A stretch of 63,631 nucleotides of DNA, counting the filler, from Nemertoderma westbladi (lineage: Eukaryota; Animalia; Xenacoelomorpha): the NCBI GenBank assembly GCA_032718475.1. It is 4 parts of 4 records of this genome, joined end to end, with 100 filler letters (N's around TTAATTAATTAA, not from the genome) between each part and the next. Parts side by side here need not be neighbours in the genome. Positions count along the whole stretch, not along the records: positions 36,742 to 56,481 come from JAUCBJ010003483.1; positions 56,582 to 63,631 come from JAUCBJ010003444.1; 2 more parts are not named here. One strand, 5' to 3'. Positions 52,401 through 63,631 of the stretch are shown piece by piece. Made by a program: the position numbers and the translations under genes. The notes under the pieces were generated by a model that saw only the letters and a list, made by a program, of their open reading frames with translations, was not told the DNA's origin and ran no database searches. Within the stretch, counting starts at the first letter, position 1, and every line of letters starts with the position of its first letter.

Positions 52401-53014
52401 TGGTGCAACTTATTGTTTTTCGTTATTATTACTCAAAGTCCATTGGTGCTCGCTGTTCATTTCTGACAACAACACTTTTCTCACTTCCACTGGTATATGT
52501 GAAGCCCTCCTGCCGTATAATCTTCAGATGTAATATTCGTTTAACTAATGAACCTTTACATCACATTCTCGGAAACTACGTAACACCAAGGGACGTTACC
52601 ATAAATTCAAAATAGAGGGGATACCATCCGATCACGCCATTGTCATCATTGCTGGAATGTGATGTCTTTGTTCTTTATCCGAGAACCAACAGGTCAAAAT
52701 TTCCAGAAATTTAACAATAGCACTCCTCTCAGAGACCCAGCCCCAAACAACAACGTAAATGTGAACCACATGTATAAAAGTTTCTGAGAAAGAACTGAAG
52801 GAATATTCCGGGTATAACTGCACTCTTGTCATATTTTTCTGTAGACAGAAAAGAAAGAACGCTGTAACACCAATGGTCTCATTCTTTCCCTATATAAAAG
52901 GAGATTCTAGTTAAGACATACAAAAGAAGGTAGTCGTTTAGTTAGTCTTTAGTTAGTTGAATTTAGTTAGTCGGAGCACTGGATAAGGTAATAAATAATT
53001 GGGGCCCTTTTGCA

Positions 53015-54168
53015 TTGTTCAAAACCAAGCAGAAGTACTCTAATGGTGGCGGAGAGTACCCAAAACCCAGGCGTGCACAACACATGCATGGTAGATCTTT
53101 TATCTTTTATCCATGCGAACAAAAACAAAATGGTACCTCAAATACTAGACAAGAGACGAGAAGTTGTGCTGCAGCAATCCTACAAATATGGGGAAAGGCT
53201 GGAATACCAACTGTTTCATTGGTCACTCGACTTGGTAGCCGCCTATTCGAGCTATTCAATCGCAGTAAGAAACTTCATAAAAAATCCCACTATCTCGGAG
53301 GGACAATAAGGATACGGTAAAGCAATTTACAAACTATGAGCACGAGTGGTCGCTCTTGTTTGATGTGGCTGCCTGCAAATGTCGAATTCAACGCAATTGT
53401 TGTTGTCCCCGAGACAAAAAAGTTCCTGATCTTGAATGGGACTTTTAGCGTGATCAGCGAAAAAAATGATTAATGTTTATATCGTCAATAGACAGAGAAA
53501 CAACTCGAAAACTACGCTCTAAAATGGTTCGACGGAAAGCTAAAGAAAAAACTCACCACAGTGTCAACCCACGTATTTCGAACGAGAATATTACCGGTAA
53601 TGAATGCGATATTGAACCATATTGCACGGAAGAAGATGTGGCGATTGAAATATCTGAATATTCCTCCGCAGGTGACAATGATAGTGATTATAATGTTGAA
53701 CTTTCGAGGCATGATATCACATCAGTAGAAATAGAAAAACGGAAGAAGAGTACGAGTTCAAGTTTGTTACCAAGTATTTCCAAAATTGCTGATCGTTTTG
53801 AGGTTAGTGATCGGGCTACAGCTGCTATTTGTTCTGCCACTATTGCTGATTTGAATGTAAACTCGGATGTCATTGACAAAAATAAAATACGAAATGATAG
53901 GATGAAACAAAGATTAAACATACAAGAGGGTGTCGGCAATAAGGAACCCTCAAGTCTATATTTTGACGGTCGAAAAGACTTAACACTGGTATCTCCCAAC
54001 AATTTTCTTAGAGAGGAACACTTCGTGCTCGTGGAAGAGCCTGGTAACCGGTATTTGGGACATGTAACTCCGAAATCGGGAAGTTCGTCTGAAATAACAT
54101 CGAGTATTATTGACTTTTCAAAGTCATCTGATGTATCACTTAATATAGTTTGCGTGGGTAAGTATTAA
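53015..54168 (+). pseudogene. hAT-related (hATm-like) transposase remnant
   Basis: IWGKAGIPTVS, LFDVAACKC...CCCP..KKVP.LEW, DQR, LYFDGRKDLTL, EEHFVLVEEPGNRYLGHVTPKSG; internal stops. Confidence 0.75.
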
Positions 54169-54175
54169 AACAATT

Positions 54176-54470
54176 TGATTGCATAATATTGCTGTGGATG
54201 ATTGCGCCCAATTTTTTTAATTCTTTTTCACCTGGGTGAAAAACATTTAAATGTTTAACTATTGACTTTCATTTATTGTTTTGGTTAGAACAACATGCCA
54301 CTGTAACCTGCTCCTTTCCCTTAATTGATTATACATTTATTATTTATAAGGAACATGTGTTCAGAGTTCACATGTTTTTCACCCGTGTGATATATATATG
54401 TTTTTCATACGGGTGAATGAAATTAAAATATAGAAATAATTGGCCACAATCAGCCACCGTAAATAATCAA
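54176..54470. mobile_element. MITE containing the shared core
   Basis: TATTGCTGTGGATGATTGCGCCCAATT versus AATTGGCCACAATCAGCCACCGTAAATA; core at 54272-54320. Confidence 0.7.
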
Positions 54471-54959
54471 TAATTAAATAAATTATTATAACATATATTA
54501 TAATATAATCCTTTAAATAAAATATAATAATTAATTATAATAATTATAATAATAATATAATAATATAAATATTAATATATTACATTACAATTATTAATAT
54601 ATTACATTACAATTATTAATATAATACATTATAATGCATTAGATCATGGTCAAATAAAATTGGACATTTGAGAAGTACCAAAAAATCCACTTTTTTCTAT
54701 AAACCTCTATAGAAAGAACAATTTTGCATTTTATGATCTGCAATTTTCACGGTTTACTAAGAAAATTTCATTTTACCAATTTCCAAAAGAAATTTTTGAA
54801 AAATGTGGTATAGAAGTGGCTCAATAGGTAAAGTTAGCTCGAACCACTTAATCGTCTCCCAGGCTCTGTCACACTTTGGGAGGGAAATAAAACTCCTGCA
54901 TTTGGGCACATTAAAAGCCGTTCATTCTCGTGACATATAAATGTGATCCACTTTTAATT

Positions 54960-55620
54960 GAAAATGGGACGAATTTGTGGCTTCTTTTTGATATAAAAAA
55001 ATATATAAAACCAAACTGGTATTCTTTATAAAGAATAAAAAATAAAAATAATACGTCTAAGTGCGCCAAAACATTGTCAAAATAGTTTTTTAACATATTA
55101 CAAAAGATAAAAAAAGCATTTTTTCATTAATTGTGACGATTTAGCGGTTTCAATATGAACTTAAACTTTCGAAACTTTAGACTATAAATTGCAAAAAAAA
55201 CTCGTGGGTAAACAAGAATTATAGAAAAATAGTTCTTTCAACATTTTCCAAAAGATAAAAAACAAATTTTTTAATTGAATGTGATGATTTGGAGGTTCAA
55301 TAGGCAGGTAAGTTTTTGAAGTTTTATATGAAAAATTGAAACAACTTTAATGGGTGCGCTCAAAAGCTTGCAAAATTGTTCCTGTGTTTATTTTGAAAAA
55401 AATAAACAATATTTTAAATTAAAAGTGACGATCGGACGGCTTCGATATGTATTTAAACTTTGAAATTTTAGTCTATAAAATACAAAAAATCTCATAAAAT
55501 GATTTACAAAGAAGTTTAATTAAATTATACGCACACTTACAAATAGAAATGAAAATAACAATATTTTTAATTACGTGACCATTGGGCGGTTTTGATAATA
55601 TGTAATTATGAAATGTTTAT
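54960..55620. repeat. Degenerate AT-rich tandem repeat, ~147-bp period
   Basis: GTGAYSAT..GG.TT anchor at 55133, 55281, 55425 and 55575. Confidence 0.7.
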
Positions 55621-56481
55621 ACTGTAGGTTTGAATGCTTTTGTGAATATTGATTATAAGGATGGCAAATTGATGGGTCCATCGCCAAACGTTTTGTTTTT
55701 TTTGGGATAAATCTCCAATTTCATTGAAAGTTAACAATAATAAATAATATGAAGGAAGGAGAGTCACAAAGAAGTCACTGTCCGAGGGAATAAGTTATAG
55801 TTAAACACAATGTAGTTCAACAGATTATTATTGAGCGCCCAGTTAATACCCAATTGACAAAGGTAATTGGTTTTGCAGCGACATCCTATGTGACTATTTT
55901 CCCTTCCTTGGAGGGGTGTGTGTGTATTAGCATTTTTGCTCGGCAGGAATAACCAGACTCGTATATCAACCTGGACCAGAGCCATTATTTCCCCTCCCTT
56001 GGAGGTTGTGTATCAGCATATGGTCTATAGGAACAACCAGGTTTGTAAATCACTCTGGGCAGCAAAGCTCAAAGCCAGAATATCGTTGTTAAGGCAACGT
56101 CCTATCAGAGCTTCAAGGTGCAGGTAGGTTACTAGCAGTGTAAGTAATGGAGCTGACTGCTCACCGTATATTGACAGATATTGGGTTCACTGAAACGTTC
56201 ATTCCAACATTGCATAACACTACAAATATTATATCAAGCCTAGTTAGGTAATCCTGTTTGCTATTCTGAAGAGGGAAAAAACAACCCCCCAGGTGGGCAG
56301 ACAAGAGAGGAAACTAGGTACGACCAGAAAACGCGTGCTGTCTAAGATCGTTCATCTACGGCCAATCGCAAGGCCGGAAGAGGGTAAAAAAAAAAAATTT
56401 TTTAGAATGCTATCCAAATATTTCTCCCTTGGTGAAAATATTAACAAACAATAAGTCAGTATAATATTTGTAGTATTATGC

Positions 56482-56581
56482 NNNNNNNNNNNNNNNNNNN
56501 NNNNNNNNNNNNNNNNNNNNNNNNNTTAATTAATTAANNNNNNNNNNNNNNNNNNNNNNNNNNNNNNNNNNNNNNNNNNNN
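56482..56581. other. Artificial contig spacer
   Basis: N44-TTAATTAATTAA-N44. Confidence 0.97.
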
Positions 56582-56855
56582 AACTGTTAATATTCCCGAA
56601 GGTAAATAATATTGTCAGAGATTATATAATACTGTCAGTCGAATAATACATTAGGCTTACATAGCAATAAAATTAAACCGTCGAACCCAATCTCCCGGGA
56701 ATATCCAGCGGGTGAATGGTCGCGCACGGATTGGTTTCGACTAGTGTAGTGAATCTAATACTTGTCATACAGTCATAGACTAAAAAACTGATTTAATATC
56801 TAGAAGACATCTTAATTTGGTGGGTTAAACTGCCAAAGGTCTGAAAGCGCGAACA
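56582..56855 (+). repeat. 3' end of a copy-A-type LTR inserted into an RTE LINE
   Basis: Near-identical to the reverse complement of 4362-4626; ends GCGCGAACA directly before RT codons APLLFVIVLDY. Confidence 0.92.
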
Positions 56856-57743
56856 GCACCATTACTATTTGTAATTGTGCTGGATTACGCAATGAGGACG
56901 GCCACAAAGGGTGAAGATCTGGGATTCACACTTCAAGAACGCAGAAGTAGTAGATATCCGGCAACTACAGTCACAGACACCGACTTTGCGGATGACATCG
57001 CCCTGCTCTCTAATACGCTAGCAGATGCACAGCTTCTACTAAATAAAGTGGAGAGGGCTGCTAAGGAGGTTGGATTGCATATAAATGCTACCAAGACCGA
57101 ATTCATGACCTTTAATGTTGATGGAAATTTGACAACCATTGATAATAATCAACTAAGGCAGGTCGATGACTTCCAGTACCTTGGATCATGGATAGAGAGT
57201 AGCAAAAAGGACATAGAAGTTAGGAAAGCAAAGGCTTGGGTAGCTCTATCAAAAATGGATACCATCTGGAAATCAGATCTCTCCAGGCACCTGAAAACCG
57301 GGTTCTTTCGAGCCACAGTGGAAAGTGTATTTTTATACGGGGGTGAGACCTGGACACTGACTAAATCACTTGAACAACGAATTGATGGTTGCTACACAAG
57401 ACTACTAAGGGCAGCCCTAAACATCAGCTGGAGACAACACATGACAAACGCCGAGCTTTAGGGTACAATACCACCTGTATCAACCACCCTCCGTGAACGC
57501 AGATTAAGATTCAGTGGGCACTGCTGGCGAAGTAAAGACGAGGTCATACCAGATCTACTTCTCTGGCAACCAACTCATGGAAAGCGTAGTCGTGGATGAC
57601 CTGCCATAACATATATAGATCAACTTGAAAGGGATGCTGAACTTGGGAGAAACGAAATTGCGACAACTATGGAGAATCGGGAAGCCTGGAAGGATCTCAT
57701 TTCCACTGTCCGAGTTCGCTCGACCTAGTAGTAGTAGTAGTAG
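56856..57743 (+). mobile_element. RTE-clade LINE 3' part with (TAG)n tail
   Basis: DTDFADDIALL, FQYLGSWI, RRLRFSGHCWR; (TAG)6 at 57726-57743. Confidence 0.92.
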
Positions 57744-57766
57744 AACTCAAATGACTCTATTTCACT

Positions 57767-58057
57767 ATGATGTATCTTACCGCAGATCGACCACTACCTG
57801 TTGCATCGGATAGCTTCGAACAGATGGAGGAATATTGTAAAACTGGAGAAAGATCACTCGCGTTTCCCCTACAAGACGTACGTCTTTGGTATTATTATGA
57901 TGAATACCCTAAACCCAACCAACAAATGGAAAGACATAAACATCTGCGGATACGTTGCGCTAAACACGGTTTTACTCGCTTTACTTACGGGAGTTTCGAG
58001 CGAAACTTGTCTGACATATCACCTAAGCTGGTTCGACTCAAAAGGATCCTTAAATAA
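57767..58057 (+). CDS. Unknown ORF in the 3' internal region of a Bel/Pao element
   Basis: Protein-like composition; stop lies 4 nt before the next ATG; may be 5'-truncated or damaged. Confidence 0.4.
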   Translation: MMYLTADRPLPVASDSFEQMEEYCKTGERSLAFPLQDVRLWYYYDEYPKPNQQMERHKHLRIRCAKHGFTRFTYGSFERNLSDISPKLVRLKRILK

Positions 58058-58061
58058 ACCA

Positions 58062-58838
58062 ATGATCAGAGTTCCGGAATACTCGGTCAGACCTCCTCAT
58101 TCCCTAGTGAGACCTCAGACTCTTGATTCTAATAGTATCACGGATCCTCCCGAGCTGCACTCACTGTTCAAAGATCTAGTGTTACCCAAACAATTAATCG
58201 GTGGCACTCCGGTTGTGGGCTCCCTAGATATTCGCCAATCCTACCTAGCTGGATTGGGACGCGGACATTTAATATCGCCGTTACACCCGTATAATCGTCC
58301 CGGTTTAACCCCGATACAACCCATCACCCAGGTGGAGGAGAGCGTTGTACGAAACGCGTTAGACGCTATTCTACAAAAGATCAGAAAAAGAACCTACGCT
58401 TGTTCAGATAAACGTAAGTTGCAGCAGCAAGTCCAAGCGGTAAACAAATTAGCTTTATCTCAGTTCGATTGGGAAATCCGGAATCTCTAAGAAGTTATCG
58501 AACTTGGACGACCCTATTCTCTGCGAGAGTTTTTGGACGAACGCATCCGACGACAAGCAGAGGAAAATCAGCTCGAGGAGAAGCATATCGAAATGGACGA
58601 GACACCGACCATAACCCTAAACCTTCCGATGCAATTGTATTGCACCCTTCACCCAGGAGTTATAGCCCTCCTAGTAAAGTGGCTCGCCCCAAAGAGAAAA
58701 GGACTCTTGCTAGCCTCAAAAAACTGCGTAAACGCCGTCCGCGCAAGAAAGACTAACTGTTTAGAGTATTTTTATATTTTAGAAACTGTGATTTTTATAT
58801 TTTATAGAAATAAATCCCATTTTCTGGGAGCGGTGTAA
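58062..58838 (+). pseudogene. Unknown ~258-codon accessory ORF (one in-frame TAA at 58488-58490) ending at the 3' LTR
   Basis: ORFs 57801-58490 and 58533-58838 share a frame and are separated by one stop; ATG at 58062. Confidence 0.5.
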
Positions 58839-60061
58839 AGGCTTTTGCGGATATAACCAGTTATTTTTTCTCCACAATGAACTGTTTAGTTGTTTTAGCG
58901 GACATAACAAGCCATTTTCCCGCAAAGTACTGTGTAGGTGTTTTAGCAGACATATAAAGCCATTTTTTCTGTGTGTGTACTTTAGCAGACATAACAAGCC
59001 ATTTATGCCGCAATGCGCCAAAATACTCTTAATGCAGTGTAGTTCCGATGACGAAATCTATCAGCTGATTTTATGTCGATGTGGAGCTTCCTTGGCCTCT
59101 TTGTTCGGCTCTCTCGACCAATCAGAGCGATTTTCTTTGTATGTACAAACCGAGCCTATGTAAACCGTGCCAGGCATGTCAGTATCAGTTATTGTCAGTT
59201 GTAGTTGTTGTTGTATTTTTCTGAGCCCAGAACACCGGCTTAGGATTCTTTGTGTTTCTATGTAGGTTTCAGACTTTAGCCATATGACATTAGATGTCTT
59301 GGATTATAGAAGCATAAAACAATGCAAGATAATGCAATGTATACCATATCAACTCATACTTACTTAATTAACTGCACTACTGCATTCACCGCATTATTTT
59401 ACTGTCTGTCATTAATGGTTTTATATGTTGATAGATATATTGTTATATTTGGAGAATACCGATAAAGAACCCAAAAACCCCAATCTTCTTGATTACTGAA
59501 GGTTAGAGGACAGGTTACCGGTAGCAATTGCGACTTACATTAAAGTGGTTTGGTGTGAATTAAATGCTATTTCATAATACCTACAGGTGTCAGTTGCGAT
59601 CCTCCTTATATATAATCAAATTCAGTGATTGTCGGCAGATTAGTGTGAAGTAGTGTAAATTTGTGTGAGGTGGTGTGATTGATAACAAAGCATCTCCTAA
59701 AGAATGCGCCTTTTATGCAATTCAAAGCCATCTAGTTGTGATTAGTATAAGTCATAACTCTGTTTTTTATACTTAAAGCGCCACGTCCAAAAGGAACTGT
59801 TAATATTTCCCCGAAAGTAAATATATTGTCAGAGATTATATAGTAACAATCAATCAAATAATACAGTAGGTCTGCAACGCAATAATAAGTCCAAGCTCCC
59901 GAATCCAGTCTCCCTTAACAGTGGGTGAATGGTCGCGCATAGACTGGCTTCGGCTAATGTTATTTCAGTGTAATAAATAATAGTAGGCTAAAGTCGATTT
60001 ATAAACTAGAAGACACCTAAAATTGGCAGGTTAAACTGTTAAAGGTCTAAAAGCGCGAACA
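58834..60061 (+). repeat. 3' LTR of Bel/Pao copy C (1228 bp), preceded by a weak PPT (GGGAGCGG)
   Basis: TGTAAAGGCTTTTGCGGA...GCGCGAACA; homologous to the copy B LTR. Confidence 0.92.
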
Positions 60062-61437
60062 ATCTCTTCCAAATTGTGAACTCAGTTGGAGGCTCTCCAA
60101 CGAAAATGCATTCGTTTCTGCCTGGGTATGGGGTCTTGTGATCACATCGGCCCGGTCCACTTCAAGGATATAAACTGGCTTCCATTAAGGGAAAGGTGCT
60201 ATTCTAAAATACTGTCGTATATGTATAAAGTTTTACACTTGCAAGCTCCATCATACCTCTCGGAGCAAGTTTCTTTTAATCAAGGTGCAATGAATCTTCG
60301 GGGGCCACATATACGTGCGGAAATCCCACAGAGACACACCGTCCACGGCCAGTCTACATTCTCATACTACGGGCCCTCGTTCTGGAATAATCTACCAGGG
60401 TCAATAACTCGAGCGCCATCTCTTGTCGTATTCCAACACAACCTGAAGAAACACTTTTTAGATAAACTAGCATCCACGGATATCTCGGTGTTCACAATAA
60501 CATAGCGATTTTATTATGTTTCTATTACTTATAAACTTTATATTTTATCTACCTTTTATAACAGGGATCCCTATGGAAATGAGATGTAATTATCTCTTAG
60601 GGCTACATTTTTTTTTTCTTTTTGTTAATTTCTATCGGTGATAACACTACACACATTGGGCGTCAAGCTTGGATCATGCTTTTTATCTTGTAATTATTAT
60701 AGTTTAAATATATTTTGTTAGTGTAAACATGTTAATTTGGTGAAAAATGTGGTGTCAGTTTATTTTAACTTTTTTAGGATATTTTAAACAAGATCGAATC
60801 CATATTTATTTCTTATTATTTTATTTAAATATAATTCGTACATCCACAGACAATCAAGATACTGTAGTTTTGGAAAACTAGTCTCCACCTCTCTAGTAAT
60901 TTTTTCATTTGGAACTTTAATATATTTCTTGTTGCAAGTTGTTAATGGCAGTATTTATGTGTTATTTTATTAAGTATCAATAACATTCCTTATTTTTATT
61001 TGTTACGTGCACCTGGTCTATTCATATTAATTTTGCTTGTGGATTCTTTTCAGATAATTTTTGTGTATTTTTAACCTATCAGTTTTTAACAAGATCGAAC
61101 ATACCATTACCATTTTATTATTTTTATTCAACTGGAGTATTATAACGCTTATACTGTATATTATATTATATTCAATTATTTTCTTAGTTTCTGTATCAAT
61201 TACCTTATATATTCATTTTATTTCTACTGGACATCGAACATTGTTGAAATATTTATATTTAACACTAAAATTGCATATATTATATTATGTACTAAATTGC
61301 CTATATTGTGTTAAACAGAACAATTGCACTATGATTGTCGTACTGTACTGTAGTTGTACAAGCCATATACCTAACTGTAGTGATTTGTATTTATTTTACT
61401 TTGTAATCCGCTAATAAACAAGTTCAAGTTCAAGTTC
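60062..61437 (+). mobile_element. L2/CR1-group LINE 3' end (target of the LTR element)
   Basis: LEALQRKCIRFCLG...INWLPLRER...TFSYYGPSFWNNLP; candidate tail AATAAA plus (CAAGTT)3 at 61413-61437. Confidence 0.8.
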
Positions 61438-62010
61438 TAGTTGTTATTTTCAAGCAGCTGCATGGTCTAGTGGCGAAATTGCTGCAGTGCTGGGCTTCAA
61501 ATTAGGAGGCCCCTGTTCGATCCCTTGCTGCCTTGACCGTGTAGCACTGTTTTCTGTTTGTGTAGTGTTTTAAAAATGGTCCTACGAATTACCGGTACCC
61601 CAAACCAGAATACCCCGAAATACTTGTTTTCACTCTCGTTTATTGTTTTGGTTAGAAAAACTTGCCACTGTAACCTGCTCCTTTCCCTCGCCGTTTCTAA
61701 ACATTGTTGGCTTATTTTGGGGTACCGGTAATAGGCCTAGTTTAGCCTTTTTGTGGTATTTTGTGACTATTTTGGGGTAGGCCTAATTCGTAGGACCCTC
61801 TAACAGTCTAATGTTAACATATTGGATTGGTTTTATATTGATCACATTACAGCATTAATTGTAAATTTTGTCGTTTTTTAAAACACTGCAAAAAAACAGT
61901 GTTGCCTGGTCGGTCAAGGGATCTGATCTAACCAGGGCCTCCTACGTCAGTACGTGGAAGCCTAAGGTTGTCACCACTAGACCATAAGGCTGCTTAAAAA
62001 TGACAATTAG
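61437..62010. mobile_element. Inverted-repeat element with tRNA-like arms and a nested GGTCCTACGAATTA MITE (61577-61798)
   Basis: 61437-61576 is inverted to ~61874-62010; A box TGGTCTAGTGG in both arms; B box GTTCGATCC; core at 61636-61687. Confidence 0.75.
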
Positions 62011-62596
62011 TTGCGGTAAAGGAATTGGAATGGAATTATTTATTAACAATAAAATATACAGTAAAATATACGGGTAATTGAAATAAAAGACATAACTGTC
62101 ATAGGGTCAACCACTGAGGGTAAAAAGTCTAAAAACAACAAACAAACAAACAAGCAGTGCATAGCATAATATTTGCATATATAAGTAAATGTATATATTG
62201 GCTATTAGAGTCAAATCGCGGTGACTGGGTGACAGTGTTGTGTAGGTACTGTATGGTGTGTGTATTATTAGTGTATAGTGCGTTTGTATTTGTCTGAGTT
62301 GCGGTTCGGTCCGGTAGGTTTTAGGTGCGGTTGTTTCTCTTAGTGTCCTTTATACTGGGAGTTAGTTTATTGATCAGGATTGCGATTAGTTGCGGTAAAT
62401 TGCGGTAAGTTGCGGTAAGTTGCATTAAATCTGTAAATTGCAGTTAGTTGCGGTAAATTGCGGTTTTTAGTAGGACCCGCCTATGGTGCAACTGGATGGT
62501 TATACATTACTGCATTATACAACAATACCTACCGTACCGGTACTGCTGCAATGCCACCAAAGAACAAGCAACCACAGACGCGACTAAGCATGGCTG

Positions 62597-62784
62597 GGGC
62601 GGGGGCGGTACCTGGAGGGACAACCACCTCAGCACCAAGACCTAGGGGGGGGGGGGGGGGGGCGGTACCTGGAGGGACAACCACCTCAGCACCAAGACCT
62701 AGGGGGGGGGGGGGGGTACCTGGAGGGACAACCACCTCAGCACCAAGACCTAGGGGGGGGGGGGGGGGTACCTGGAGGGACAAC
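62597..62784. repeat. Tandem repeat of ~50-60 bp with poly-G, 3+ units
   Basis: GGTACCTGGAGGGACAACCACCTCAGCACCAAGACCTA(G)n. Confidence 0.9.
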
Positions 62785-63631
62785 CGTTTGTTCTACGTAA
62801 GAACAGAGGGCTAAAGGCATCATGTTTATAAATTTAGATTACCTTAAACAAAGGTACCGGTATATAAATCAATTGGGTTAATTAAATTCAAATACACATT
62901 TTCATTTTACTTTACATTTTACCAATGTCAGAAGTAGTAACCAGTAAAGTTATATAAATTTACTAAATATATTTTTTTTTCTACAGTATGTTTCCTTAGT
63001 CCAAATCCTTTTCTTTACTCTACTTTTTATTACGTCAGTTAATTCTCGCCGCCCACCTTGATAAATCGGAGAAAAAAAAACTTTCCATCTGTTGCCGCCC
63101 ACCTTGAACCAATCCATTTAGGTTGCTTTCCAATTATTCCGCCTAACATTTCGCGCACTTACAGTCTTTGTATTGTCGTAGAGTCTGTGAGATTTCCTCA
63201 ACATTATCCTTTGTCACCTTTGTAATCATCTCGATCGTGGTTGTAACCGAGGTGTGGATGGCAGGTTGCACGAAAAGTGCTGGTAATGAAAAAATTTCAT
63301 TTTGTAGCAACATCAAATCGACATAAATTTTATGTAAGAAGGGGTATTTTTGGGTGCTGATTACAATGAAACATGTTTTGGACTTACTTGGATGTGTGAA
63401 ATTGTACTTTTTGCACCCTGCATGTTTGCACGAAAAGTGCTGACAGTATGAAAAAAGCACCGCACCCAAAAATCAGGTGCTAGACTCAATGCAACGAGTT
63501 TAGGATTGTCACCAATGAACTCAGCATATGCGAAAACCCTGTTATATACCTTTCTAACGCACAGATCCGTGACCAAATAAATTCCAAAATTTCTGCTACT
63601 TGTAATTTTCGTGCCGCGCCGCACCCAAGAA

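Noticed and set aside
55760-56230. Possible very old LINE 3' remnant on the minus strand (YNLFPRTV)
   Set aside because: Only one short motif supports it, too degenerate to annotate.
29185-60061. LTRs B and C as the two ends of one giant element carrying host genes
   Set aside because: The LTRs are clearly diverged, the flanks show no TSD (GGTGG vs ATCTC), and two artificial spacers lie between them.
61454-61530. Functional tRNA (the CTTCAAA loop suggested tRNA-Sec)
   Set aside because: It has no acceptor stem or long variable arm, and the partner arm reads CTTCCAC. It is a tRNA-derived repeat.

Overview
This is AT-rich eukaryotic genomic DNA, probably from a bilaterian invertebrate, in four segments joined by artificial 100-nt N/TTAATTAATTAA spacers. 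Host genes present: a complete two-exon eIF2A, the last two coding exons of LTN1/listerin, an isolated TBC1D23-like C-terminal exon, and damaged TSP1 and F-type lectin exons. Most of the rest is transposable elements: four pieces of a Bel/Pao LTR retrotransposon family with ~1.2-kb LTRs, RTE/RTEX/L2-type LINE fragments, a hAT-like transposase remnant, TIR/foldback elements, many MITEs and several satellites. Main finding: the Bel/Pao copies have no tRNA primer-binding site. Instead, the 11-12 nt after the 5' LTR are perfectly complementary to a site inside the same LTR, with four compensatory changes between two diverged copies. This resembles Tf1-like self-primed reverse transcription, which I know only from Ty3/Gypsy elements. 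Also notable: a ~50-nt core shared by unrelated MITE families, unexplained ORFs before a Bel/Pao 3' LTR, MITE-borne CTCF-like sites and a foldback element with tRNA-like arms. All homology calls come from motif recognition; no searches were run.
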